Shown here piece after piece: positions 1 to 11,024 of a DNA stretch of 64,000 bases (position 1 is its first letter; each line of letters opens with the position of its first letter). The DNA comes from Oikopleura dioica (taxonomy: Eukaryota > Animalia > Chordata). The stretch lies in contig OU015567.1 in the NCBI GenBank assembly GCA_907165135.1, positions 13,640,001 to 13,704,000 on the forward strand. Reading direction: 5' to 3'. The notes under the pieces were generated by a model, which saw nothing but the letters and a program-made list of their open reading frames with translations, searched no databases and was not told where the DNA came from. Both the position numbers and the translations under genes were made by a program.

Positions 1-9
1 TCTGGTGTT

Positions 10-773
10 GTGAACGATTACGCGGGACATTATTATTTGTCAACGAGTTACTCCTTTAGCTCTGCTAGTGGCCACTACACGTACGAAAAGGGCGAGAAAT
101 GGTCAGCCAGATTTGTCCCAAGAGTCGAGTGGGAAGCGAGAAGCCCAGTCGGCGTTTCGAACTTTAACCTCCCTGCAAGCCATGGTCTGATCGGCCATCA
201 TACTGCTGGATCTCACTGTACTGACAAAGAATCATGTATTCGGGTTATGAAGGGCATTCAAAACTATCATATGGATTCTCGAGGTTGGTCTGATATTGGA
301 TACAACTTTTTGGTCGGAGAAGACGGCCGAATTTACGAGGTTAGAGTTAAACACCACCCACCCATCCTCAATTATCGCTCGCTCATCCCTTGCTTAGATA
401 AACAATTTGATAGGGACGCGGTCAATGGCGTCAAGGAGCGCACTGTAGCAACTGGAACTCGAACACTCTTGGATTCTCTATTATGGGAGACTACAGTAAC
501 CGTCTCCCAAATCAAAATGCTCTTGATGCTGTTGATGAGCTTATTGCTTGGTTAGAGCGAAGAAACTACCTAAACAGAAGCTGTTACGAATTTGCAGGCC
601 ATCGAGACCATGGAAATACCCTTTGTCCAGGAGATCCTCTCTATGGTAATTTACCACATTTTACAACACTGACGTATCATTTCAAGCTCTCTGGGGATCC
701 GGAAAATATCCACACTGGCACGAAAGCTGCTAAAGCATTCATTAGCAAAAACTGGAAAAATAAAACGCTATAA
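10..773 (+). CDS. PGRP: Peptidoglycan recognition protein (Amidase_2), probably catalytic; 5' end may lie before the window
   Basis: HHTAG...IQNYHMDSRGWSDIGYNFLVGEDGRIYE, then intron 340-413 (GT-AG), then GRGQWRQGAHC...GFSIMGDY...GHRDHGNTLCPG. The Zn-binding/catalytic His, Tyr, His and Cys are all present. Confidence 0.93.
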
Positions 774-945
774 TTATTTTTGAAGGAAGATTCTGTTCAA
801 GCCAATATGATATCTGTAACAATTTATTTATTGGTGGCAATAGAAAGGCGAATACTGCATATTTTAATTAGCTCAGCTTACGAATTGGAGAAGTTGACAA
901 TGTACAGTTGAAGATTTAAAAAATACTGATGAAAAGGGTCTTTCT

Positions 946-2668
946 TTACAAGATTAGGCAAACACCGAAGAGAACTGCCATGAGGGTTGAAACATGCGGC
1001 GTTATGGAACTATCGGGCATATTTCTTTGTTGCTCAACTCCTGAAATCAAGTTTGTTAGGCTTTGATCCAACTTTTTGACCTTACCTTTGAATGTGAGAA
1101 CATGGATGTAATTCGCTTCGGGAATGAAAATATCGACATTTCCGTCTCCATCCACATCCCGGACTGCAGGAACTCCGATGGTATTTTTTCTTTCAAGAAT
1201 AACTTCTGTTGTGTAGTGCCAGATGTACGCTGACCACGACTTTGGCCTCAAAATGTACACTTTTCCGTTTGATGCACCAGAGACGAGGATTGAAGGCTTT
1301 TCTGTAGGTGATTTTCCAGGGTAAAATGCATAGACTCCACCTTATATAAGCGCTTGAAATCAAGGAAGACCGACGTCTGAATTACCTGGCGTAAGTGCTC
1401 TATAATTGACGCTAGGCTCAAATGCTTGCGAGAGGATGTGTTTTCGCCAGATTCCCTTTTGGAATGAGCTTTGTTCTGGGACTTCGTAACAGATGACTTT
1501 TCCAGGTTGTCCTCTGATACCAGTGACGGACGTGAGAATATCAAGTCGACCGTCAGCATTGACATCGATAATTTCAATGTTAACATAAGATCCTTCTTCA
1601 CCAATGACTGTCTTTTGGATTCTATGAGTACAAGTAAGAAAATGATCGTTTGTCGGTTCTGATACCTGCTGATTCTTGTCCAATCGTTATCTGGATCATC
1701 AACCCAATAGAACACGAGCTGTGGCTCGGACGATCCTGCGCAAATGATCAGCAAACGCTTCACGTCACCATCCTTTATCCACATTGTTTTAAATTGAGTT
1801 CCTCCGACATTCTTATCAATAACAGACACCATCCATTTCGAGTTTCCTGGTGGCTGTTGCATCCAAACCAGCTCTTGCTGTCCTGTAGGATTTGTTCTAA
1901 AGATAAGATTAAAAGAGAAGAAATGGAAGATATATTTACCGGATAGCGATAGCATCAGCATTGCCATCCAAGTCCATATCAACCCATTCTACATGAGTGT
2001 AGCCATAACCCGGGGAGGTTACGATGGCAGTTGGATCTAAAGAATACCGTTGAAGGAAGTTTTCCTACTAGAAACCTAAGGTTCACGACAGCTTATTTTC
2101 AAAATTTCTTGCACACGTTTCAAAATAAACTAGCGAAGGGATAAGAACTTACTGTAGCTTTGTTTGGTCATGTCAAGGAAATACACAGCGCCAGTTTGAG
2201 CTTCCCTTGAGGAAAAGGAGTTTGTTGATATCGAGCTCATCGTTTGACCCGTCGCTATCCACCAAACATTTGGCGTCATTCCACCTATCGAGCCTTGTGG
2301 CATAACCCCAACGCTAGAATGGATCAGATAATTAACCGCAACATGGCATTGGAAACATACTCATTCGGCACTGCAATAGATTCCGCGACAATTCTAGTGG
2401 ACTGCTGCATTTCTTCTGGATTCGCCAATTTCAACGCAATGTCTTGAATTCGCCGGACTTGTGGCTGAGATTTCGTGAGATAGACCAAATCGTAAACTGG
2501 AATAGTTTTCGAAGAAAATTGCGGATCTTCGACTAGCTTGACGAACGAGCATGGCATGTCGAGTTCGAGCGAGTACCAATGCCGAGGCTTCAGGCCTTTT
2601 GAATTTTCAAATTCCGACATTGACGTAGTAGACCTAAAAAGCGGACTAATGACTTGAACATTTTGCAC
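946..2668 (-). CDS. Multi-exon FG-GAP/VCBS-like beta-propeller repeat protein with hydrophobic C-terminus; 5' end uncertain, may extend towards about 3.3 kb
   Basis: Repeated DxD/NxDGxxD motifs (DMDLDGNAD, DVNADGRLD, DVDGDGNVD). Exons can be joined by GT-AG introns, including a 47-nt GTATGT intron near 2318-2364. C-terminus is LMAVLFGVCLIL*. Confidence 0.7.
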
Positions 2669-4309
2669 TCAATTTGAAATCATTTACAAAATGATAACCG
2701 CTCGTTCATTAATGTGGTCAATTAATGTCGGTCGATTTTTTATTCTCAAGTTCTTACTGTGAATTTCCGGATGAAGAGCTCTTTCCGGACAAGCTAGAGA
2801 TATAATGTTATTTTGTCATGCTTAAATATTTCAATAAACAATCGAAAAAGTTATTTTCTAAAAAACAACAAAAATTTCGAAGAGAAATTTTAAAAAAGGT
2901 TTACCCTTGGCTCTTCTTTTTCCCAGATTTGGGAGAATCGGCAACTTGAGCAAGTGCGCTTGAAATTATGGTAATGTCGTTTCATTGTATTGGTATAAAT
3001 CAAGTTGTTCCATTAATTGTTTAGGGTAAATAAAGATGTCGTTCTTAGGCTTTAAATAGCCTGTTTATTAAAATAAGTAATTACCTCGCTCCTCCAGTAA
3101 CTGGTCGTCTTGATCCAAAAGCATCACTGCCGCTGTAGAGTGTCTTGTGGGTTTTTGAATGGATCATAAATTGGATTTTTACGGTGGTAATTAATAAGAA
3201 ATCGCACCTCGGCGATCGCTTTAATGATAGTTATCAGGTCAGTCCGAAATGCAATAAAACTCCATCTCCTTTCAAAAACCTTTCCCATAAGAAGAAACTC
3301 CCCAGCCTCATGCTTTTCTGTTTCTAGCGCGCTCTAAGTAAGCGGATTAGTTTGATTTTGGCTGCGTTGGCAGTTATCAGTCGGATCGGGGGATCTACTG
3401 GTTTATGTTCTGACTCAGAACTTCTGAGGATGCGTTTAATAGACTAAAGACTTTCAAAGCAAATACATATGCATTATAATGTATGCAATTTGCATGATAT
3501 GCTTTATTCTGTACAGACGGAATGTCTTTTAGGCCAAGCAAATTTTTTTGATCTGAGTAGAACATAATTTGGCCGATTTCGCAACTGATATTTTAATGAT
3601 ACGAACCTAGAATTTCTTAATTAAGAAGGATTTCTTCAACGTCTTCTTATAACTTCAAATCTCTTAGAATAAAATCGATCTTGTGAAATTGTAAAAGTAA
3701 AAAAAATGTAACGGTCGGTGTCGTATTTGGGACACTGTGGCTGTGGGGCTAATAACGCTCTGGCTGCGCGTCGGCGGTGGCGCTGACTCTGCTGCAGCCG
3801 ATTGGCCCTGCGCCACCACCAAAAAAATGCAATCCCGGACTACTATGGCGCACTTCAAAATGCGACGAGAATCTAAATACCCCCTCAACACCGCAAAAGT
3901 CAATATGAGAAGGAAAATTCTTAGAAGATTCTATCAGTGTCGAATCGGGGCTTGAAGGTCATCCTTTATTTTTAAAAGAGATAATTGCATAAAATAGTCT
4001 TCTTCCTGCTGCAGAAATTATGTATGGCAAAAAGGACTGAAAGACGGCTATTTTGACTGCCCTGCAATCAACAACGAGAATCTTTAGCATGTCATTTGAT
4101 AAAGCAAATGCTAGTGAAGTGTTTTTCTTTCAGAATAAGAGCTTATTTATTTGAAGAATCACTTTTGACAAGGTTATTAAAATATTGCTAACACGAATAA
4201 TAACCAATAAGTTGATCATGAACTTGAAGGTAAATAAAAATAAGAACGAAAAAGGAATCTGTAATAGTTTTTTTGTAATAAGAGGATAGGTCAGAGTTTG
4301 AAATTATCG

Positions 4310-4515
4310 TGACTCGCGAGCGGCTCACTTGAGAGCGAGCGAGCACGAGCATGATGCTCTTTGTGCTCCCGAGCACATTTATTTCAGCGTTCGCGCTCTT
4401 TGCGCTCGCGAGCGCATTTCATTTCGCGCTCTCGCTCTCTTGGCTCCCGAGCACTGGTCAAATTTTGCTCTCGCTCGATTGGCTCCCGAGCTGAAAAATC
4501 TGACTCGCGAGCAGC
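4310..4515. repeat. Array 1 of 39-nt-period repeat with GCTCNNGAGC palindromes
   Basis: GCTC(C/G)CGAGC at 4365, 4404, 4443 and 4482 (exact 39-nt spacing). Each is preceded by a GCTC-containing pyrimidine-rich segment and followed by a variable spacer. Confidence 0.9.
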
Positions 4516-4754
4516 TTTCAAAGGCCTAAAATGATTCCGTGGCCCCGTGACTAATTCCATACGAGTCCCTGTTACAGGAGTTAGCACCCCGCGGTGGGCA
4601 TGTTTTATCTGTTTACTCACGGCTTTTCGCATTCTGCTGCCGAGATGACGGGCCTAATGAAGCTTACACAAAACCGAAATACCAATAATTGATCCTCAAA
4701 GAAATTTATTATTGAAAGAGAATAATTATGCGAAAAAATTAATCTTTTAATTTT

Positions 4755-4990
4755 GCTCGCGAGCCGCTCGTGAGTCAATTCAATGGCGAGCACGAGAGCA
4801 GCCGCTCCCGCTCGTCTAGCTCCCGAGCATTGCCGACATATGCGCTCGTGCTCTTTGCGCTCGCGAGCGGGTTCAAATTTGGGCTCGTGCTCTTTTGGCT
4901 CTCGAGCCAACTTCATTTTCATGCTCCCGCTCCCCTGCTCTCAGAGCAATGATAAATTTTCGCTCTCGCTCTTTTCGCTCGCGAGCATTT
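4755..4990. repeat. Array 2 of the same 39-40-nt-period repeat
   Basis: Palindromic cores at 4819, 4859, 4898, 4937 and 4977. Segment 4759-4777 is an inverted copy (2 mismatches) of 4310-4328. Confidence 0.9.
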
Positions 4991-5016
4991 GCGAGCATTT
5001 CAAACTCTGGGATAGG

Positions 5017-8000
5017 TCAAAGTAGGATAGGGCAATTTGAAAAGTCTAGCAGGGGCTCAAATTGTTCTAACTCGGCTGCCTTGGCAAAGCATAAGAAAGC
5101 GTCTTCTTCCTTCGCCTCGAGCAGCAATCCGAGGTTTCTCCAAGCAATAGCAGACAGGGGTTTCAGGCCGATACAGTCTCGGAAGCATTTTTCAGCGGGG
5201 ACAAAGCGCCTTAGCTCCAGGTTGAGTAGGCCGAGTCTGAGGAGAGCGTCAAAGTAGGAAGGATCGATGCAAATCGCGTCTTGGAGTAGTGCAATCGCTT
5301 CGTCCGTATCGTCGGTTTTCTCCGCAACAAGGCCTTTTATGAAAAGAACTTGCTTTCGGTTTCTAAATATTTCATAATGAACCCTTCCTTCTTGGGCAAA
5401 GAATTTACCCTCTCATAAGTTTTTGCGCTTCTTCTACGCATTCGATCGCGCCGTCAATAACATTCATTTCCACAAACAATTCCGCGGTTTGATAAAGCGC
5501 CATCGATAGCGGGTAATGAGCATGTCCTGGATCGGAAGGTTTGAAAATGCTGCCCGAGAGCGTCGATTCAATATCATTGAGAACACTTTCCGTCGCCATT
5601 GCGCTCTTACCGGCGATCGACAATCCCTCATCTGGCTTGGTTGTCTTTTACATTTTTAGAAATGAGAAATTAATGAGAAAGAACCTGGGTTAGGGCAGTA
5701 ACAGACGTGTGTATCGATAGTCCGTCAGAATCTTCATCGATTTCTTTAAAGGGGTCTTGGTTCATTGCATATTCTAGTAGCGCCCGACAGAATTCAAGGG
5801 CTTGTGGCTGTCGGCCGCATTGTATTAACATTTTGGCACCAAGAGTGTAGAATCCCATAATGTGCGGCCATTTTGAAATTCCTAAAAGTTAAGAATGAAG
5901 TTAAATGACTTTAAAATGTCACGACACTTACCAATTTTACAACCGTCTATAACGAGTCGTTTTCTCCCTCCGATCGAATGCAACAACTGTAGAAGCAGAA
6001 ACGCCTCTCCATTTTCTGGGTCTAATCGCAACGCTGTCAGCACGTCGTTCATCCCCGTCGAGATCTGATTATTTTTCGCTCGGGCAAGAGCGAGTTGGTA
6101 GAACGAACGAGAGTAGCTGGGATTGAGGCGCGTTTCTTCAACGAAATGCGAAATCGCCAGCTCGATTAGGTCTGATCTCGACGCTAAGGACGTGCTGTTC
6201 AGGAGAATCGAAGAAATCGCCATTCCAGACAGAATATTCCATCTTTTATGCTTAAAATCAAAGTCTAAATTCAAACCGAGAAATCGAAATAACGAAAAAC
6301 CTCTTTTGAAGCAGGATTGGCCAAGTATTCAAGTGCTCGCTTGGGCTGGTGCAAGTGTCGGATCGAGACATCTGCCGCAAGAATAAGTGCCACTGGATCG
6401 TCTCTGATATCGATACATTCATCGAGAATCGTAATTGCTTCTCTGTATCTCTTCGCGTTGATAAGTGACAATGCGAGTTGAAAAGAAGTGTAGAAATCCT
6501 AGAAGTTATTTAAGAAATAAGCGAGAAGAAATAAGGTACCCGGAAAGCAAGTTTCATCGTTAGCTCCGACTTCTGAGAGAGCAGAACATACTGTCGAATT
6601 CTCGCCAAAGTCACAGTGACCAGATCGAAAATCACTTTTGCGGATTTCAAGCTCTCTTCTCTCACATCATCGAATTCTTAATGAAAATCTTGATGGATAG
6701 AAAGAAAGTGGTAACAATAAACCTGAAGATCTGTCGATGACATATTCCGTCTGCGACTTGAGATTATCCGCGATCGTCAAGAGTAGAAGAGCTTCTTGCT
6801 CGATCGTCTCTGGGACGAGGATCATTTGAGATTTGTCTGGAGGCGCTTTGGCATACTGGATGAGGCTGGATTTGGAAAGGAGCAGTGTGGCACAATTTAG
6901 CGTTAGTTTGGACTTGATTTGAGGAGCTAATCGGGAGTTGACTGCCTTTAGATATTTTCTGAACGTAACTTTGTTAAAAGTTATTAAAAGCATCCTTATT
7001 TACCTAAAACAGTCGACGGCACTCTGAGTCGACTCATTTTCGTATAAAGCCGGCAACTTCTCAAAGACAATTTGAATTGGATGAGGAATGAAATTGACAT
7101 CTTGAAAGAACTGGTTGTTTGATCGGCTTATCGTCGAGTTCGGCGATGCGCCCCTGGCAGCGTTGTCTTCGCAAAGACGAAGGAAATTCACCGCCTGGTC
7201 GGCGGCAGCTTCGTACATTTGCCTCAGACTCGTGCTTTGCTTCGCGCTCGGCAGTTTCGAAAACGAGTCCGATTTCCCCTGAAAAACAAGAAAGTAACAA
7301 CTGCGCATTGATTTTCTCTTAGACTTACGTCTTCGGTTAAAACCGCTTTGATTGCTAGCGCAACCGCGGTCAATCTGGCCAAGTACGGCTGCGTCGGAAT
7401 CGATGGCGTAATATTCAGTCTTTGAAGAACTTCCGCTGCTTCTTCCAATTTCTCCTGGTGGAAATAGTACCAGGCGAGAACGAGCTTCGATTCGAGCTGA
7501 ATCTCAAACTTGGAGTCATTCGCGAAATTCGCCGATTTCAACGTCGCCTCGAAATCGTATTTGACTTTCTTGTTCTCGCGAAGGATCGTCAGTTCAAAGT
7601 CCAGCTGGCACTGTAGAAGCACAACTGCTCCGTCTTCTTTCCCCACTCGCTGGGCAAGCACCCTCGCATTTTCTTTCACCAGATCCCAATTTCCATTATT
7701 TCGGTTTTTCTCGATCTCGGTCTCGATTTTCTGGCGCTAGAAAGTAATATTTATCAACTGTTAATTCTCAAGTAATAAAATAATTTTCTTAAAAGTAATT
7801 ATCGAATCATCTATTTTTTTATTCGTAATAATTTTTAACATACAGTATCTAAAATTAACGATAACTTCTCTTCAAAAACTCCGAAATTGCTCCTTGGAGT
7901 TCTTTGACCTGGGCTAGGCAAACTGTGTAGAAAATCTGAGTCAGGTTTTGAAGAGCTTCACTGCAAATATTGGGAAGCCGCTTCGCGGCTTCGTTCTAAA

Positions 8001-8087
8001 GAAGCCGCTACGCAGCTTTTCAAAAACCTGACTCAGGTTTACTTCACAGATTCCCGAGCCCAGCCTTGGACTATCACGGTTAGACAT
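5017..8087 (-). CDS. TTC7: Tetratricopeptide repeat protein 7 (TTC7/Ypp1, PI4KIIIalpha scaffold), multi-exon
   Basis: N-terminal KIETEIEKNRNNGNWDLVKE, internal ETIEQEALLLLTIADN, TPR YQLALARA...LTALRLDP and C-terminal AWRNLGLLLEAK...CFAKAAELEQFEPLLDF all resemble vertebrate TTC7A/B. Stop at 5017-5019; the start at 8087 is inferred from an in-frame exon chain. Confidence 0.85.
7893..8064 (-). mobile_element. Foldback/MITE-like element forming a putative GC-AG first intron of TTC7
   Basis: Nested inverted repeats (7909-7915/8057-8063; 7936-7952/8019-8036), a central GAAGCCGC-TTC-GCGGCTTC hairpin, and a flanking direct repeat CCTTGG at 7892-7897 and 8064-8069. Confidence 0.7.
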
Positions 8088-8406
8088 TCTTCAACGATTA
8101 AAAACTTTCAATTTTATGCTCAAAACGGAATAAAATAGACTTCCTTGCATTTATAAAGGATCTAGAATTCTATATTGAAATTTACCTTTGCCATATTTTT
8201 CGATTTTTAAATTTCTCCCTGTTGGCAACAGAAAACTTCTTCTCAACTCCTCGTTGATTCTCTACAGCTCATTTTCGGGCACTGTAGCGATTTCTCTTCG
8301 CAATTCAGTAAAGTGGCGAAAGAGCAAGAGGCGGCCAATCACCGCGCAGAGGCTTTTCAACTCTCCTTCTCAAGAAAATTGCTTTTAGAAAAGAGCGAGA
8401 TCGAAA

Positions 8407-9159
8407 ATGTCAGAGGATGAAAGTTCAGACGACGATTATAATCCGACGCAGGCAGAAGAAAAGGAATTTGAACGAGAGACCATAAAACAAAAGGAAGAGG
8501 AAGAAACTAGCGATAAAATGACGAAGAAACAGTCCGAAGAAGCTGATGAAATTTTGAGGTTTGACACTTGGGGAGAATCCTGTATAAATCCGTGAATAGA
8601 ATCGTTCTAAAGAGTATTTTAATTAATATTTTGAAAAAGAATTGCCCGTCAAACTTATCGAATCATTCAGAAGTTTCAAAGAAAACAAGCCCATTCCTCG
8701 TCGATTCCTCGGCTCTCCAAAGAAACAAGAATCTTCGACACCAGAATCATCTTCAAATACCAAAACTGAAGATGTTCCTGTGACGAAAACTATCGTCGAA
8801 TTCGCTGGAGAAACCATCGCTGTAGAAACTAAAGCTGCACCTCCACCACCGAAAAAGTGAGAATCGACAAGATGTTTTCGACTTATTTTCATAAATTCAG
8901 ATCAGGCCCGAAGAGGAAGAAGTCACGACTGGACGAAATTCTTTTGAAAAAGAAGAAAATCACGACGATAGAAAAGACAAAGATCGATTGGGAGCGACAC
9001 AAGAAAGAAAATAATCTGGAAGGCGAAATCGAAAAGTTCTCAAGGTCGAAAGGAAGCTTGGTGGAAAAGAACGCGTTTCTCAACCGCGCGGATCAACGAA
9101 AATTCGAGCAAGAGCGCGAAGAAAGGCTACAGAGAATCAATAACAGAAAAATTAACTGA
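8407..9159 (+). CDS. CFDP1: Craniofacial development protein 1 / Swc5 (BCNT domain), 3 exons
   Basis: Acidic N-terminus MSEDESSDDDYNP and C-terminal BCNT motif KITTIEKTKIDWERHKKENNLEGEIEKFSRSKGSLVEKNAFLNRADQRKFEQER. Confidence 0.92.
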
Positions 9160-9724
9160 AAAGAACTTTTTTGGTCATCCTGCGTGTCGAGAAATAATAG
9201 ATTCAATTGCCCTGCCAAACAACAAAAAGAATCACTTTTCAACAGCATTTTTAAACTGTTGAAAAGAGTGGATTTATGAAAAAATACTCATGTATTACAA
9301 AAATGGAAATATGTGATGGGATTTGCATATCAGGCGATTCGAGCTGTAGAAAAATAGTTTTTGTTCGTTGAAATCATCAGACGCGTCGGGCGCCACATTC
9401 GCAACAGAACTAGAAAGAAGAGTAAACAAATGAGAACAACAAAAAAAGTATTTCAAGTCGGTTTTAAATAATTTTTTATTGACAAATTGTAATTGAAGTG
9501 GGTACAATTATTTAGATCGGCTGGAATATGATAATGCTACAGTTTATAAAATTGCTAACCCAAAAACGGTTTACATATGCAAAATGAATTTTCTCCTCTT
9601 TTATACCCTAAGAGGATCGAGATCTTTATGCATCCTCAATTCCGTTTTTCCGCCATGATAATTTTCATCTGATGAAAAATCCAGGTGTACTCGTGATTTG
9701 AATCAATTTTGTGGTGCGCTTACT

Positions 9725-10953
9725 TTTGCCCATTCGACGGGATAGCCAGTAGAACAGTTTCGGCAACTGGTCGGAAGGACCTTCGCAAGACGGCTTTTCT
9801 GGCTTGACGAAGCTCTGAAAGTTCGTATGCGGGGTGATTTCCTATTGAAGATTACTTTTTGTTGGAGGCGGCAAGAATGCTCGCTTTAGAAGGGACAGAT
9901 CTGCGTCCGGCAGAAGGCACTCGTGGATTTGCTGCGACAGAATCTTCAAGAAATTGATCATATTTGGTCTGGCCGTAGCCGTATCGATTTGATTCAGGCA
10001 TCGACGTCTTCTGGGTGACAGAGTATCCACCAGATGGACCGTACCCACTTGATCGAGCCATCTTGATATTGGGAGAGGATGCAGAAGTGGACTTGGGCTT
10101 TGGTGGCTTGTAACTTGTTCGGGCGAGTTGTTTTTGAGCCGCTGAAAATTTGCATTCAAATTTACTATTTCGCTTCGATTTTACAACTCATACCGAGATT
10201 TTTGTTCTTGTCTTTGAACGCTTTCTTCTTCGCTTGTTCAGCGCAGAATGGAATGTGGCGTTCTCCAGACTCTTCGGAGAAGTTTCTCTGGCATGTAGGG
10301 CACTTGAAATTCTCATGAAGGATGACTTTGGGGCAATTTTTCTACCTGAATTTGGCCTGCCTTTGGTGGTGGCCTTCCAGGAGCTCCAGTCGGTTGATGA
10401 GTTGCGTAGCTGTTTCCGTAAGCGTTGTCGTCGTAATCGTATTGGTCTGGCTGGTATCTGGACTTGGTTGACTGCCGTGCAGCTGGTTGTGTTCGGGAAT
10501 TTCGCGGCGGAGGTTGGTATCGCGATGATTGCCTCGGAGCGGGCTGATATCGGTCTTGCTGTGGCGCTGCATAAGAATTTCCACCATACGAACCGCCGCC
10601 GTAAGGATCCGCTGGAAGAGGATCCTCTCCTCGCGCTGCTCGGATGTTTGAAACAAGCTCGTTGTGCTTTTCTCTCCAGTTATTTTTCCTATTCGTAGCA
10701 CGAATCTCCTTCACTGTTGGCGCCTTTTTCTCATTCCGCTAAAGAGTGTTTTTAGTAAAAAGGGCTGGTGTGTATAAATGTTTACTTTGAGCTCGTTGTA
10801 GTTGATGTCCGTGCCTTCGACACGCTGCTTCTGAACATTGAAAGCTTTTCGTGGCGCTTTCTTTGCGTTCTTCTCGCAAATGTTCGAGTGCTTTGCGAGT
10901 CGTTCCTCGGCGAATTTCCGGCCACAAATTCCACAGGGGACTAGTCCGGACAT
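9725..10953 (-). CDS. ZC2HC1A: C2HC zinc-finger protein (ZC2HC1A/FAM164A-like); exact 5' and 3' ends uncertain
   Basis: LVPCGICGRKFAEERLAKHSNIC, WREKHNELVSNIRAAR, a second C2HC finger (CPTCQRNFSEESGERHIPFC) and CRNCSTGYPVEWAK near the C-terminus. Confidence 0.85.
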
Positions 10954-11024
10954 TCTAAATAGTAAGAATTGTAGGCGCTCACGATTACAGACATGTTGTT
11001 ATACTAGAATATGGCAAAAGTAGA

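Noticed and set aside
4310-4990. CRISPR array call for the repeat-spacer arrays
   Set aside because: The context is eukaryotic and intron-rich, spacers are only about 14 nt, repeats are degenerate and there are no cas genes. Kept as a repeat.
4329-5257. Several Arg/Ala/Glu-rich ORFs across the repeat arrays
   Set aside because: They are translations of the GCTC/GAGC repeats or antisense to the last TTC7 exon.
10150-10698. 182-aa plus-strand ORF
   Set aside because: Antisense to ZC2HC1A exons, with no recognisable motif.
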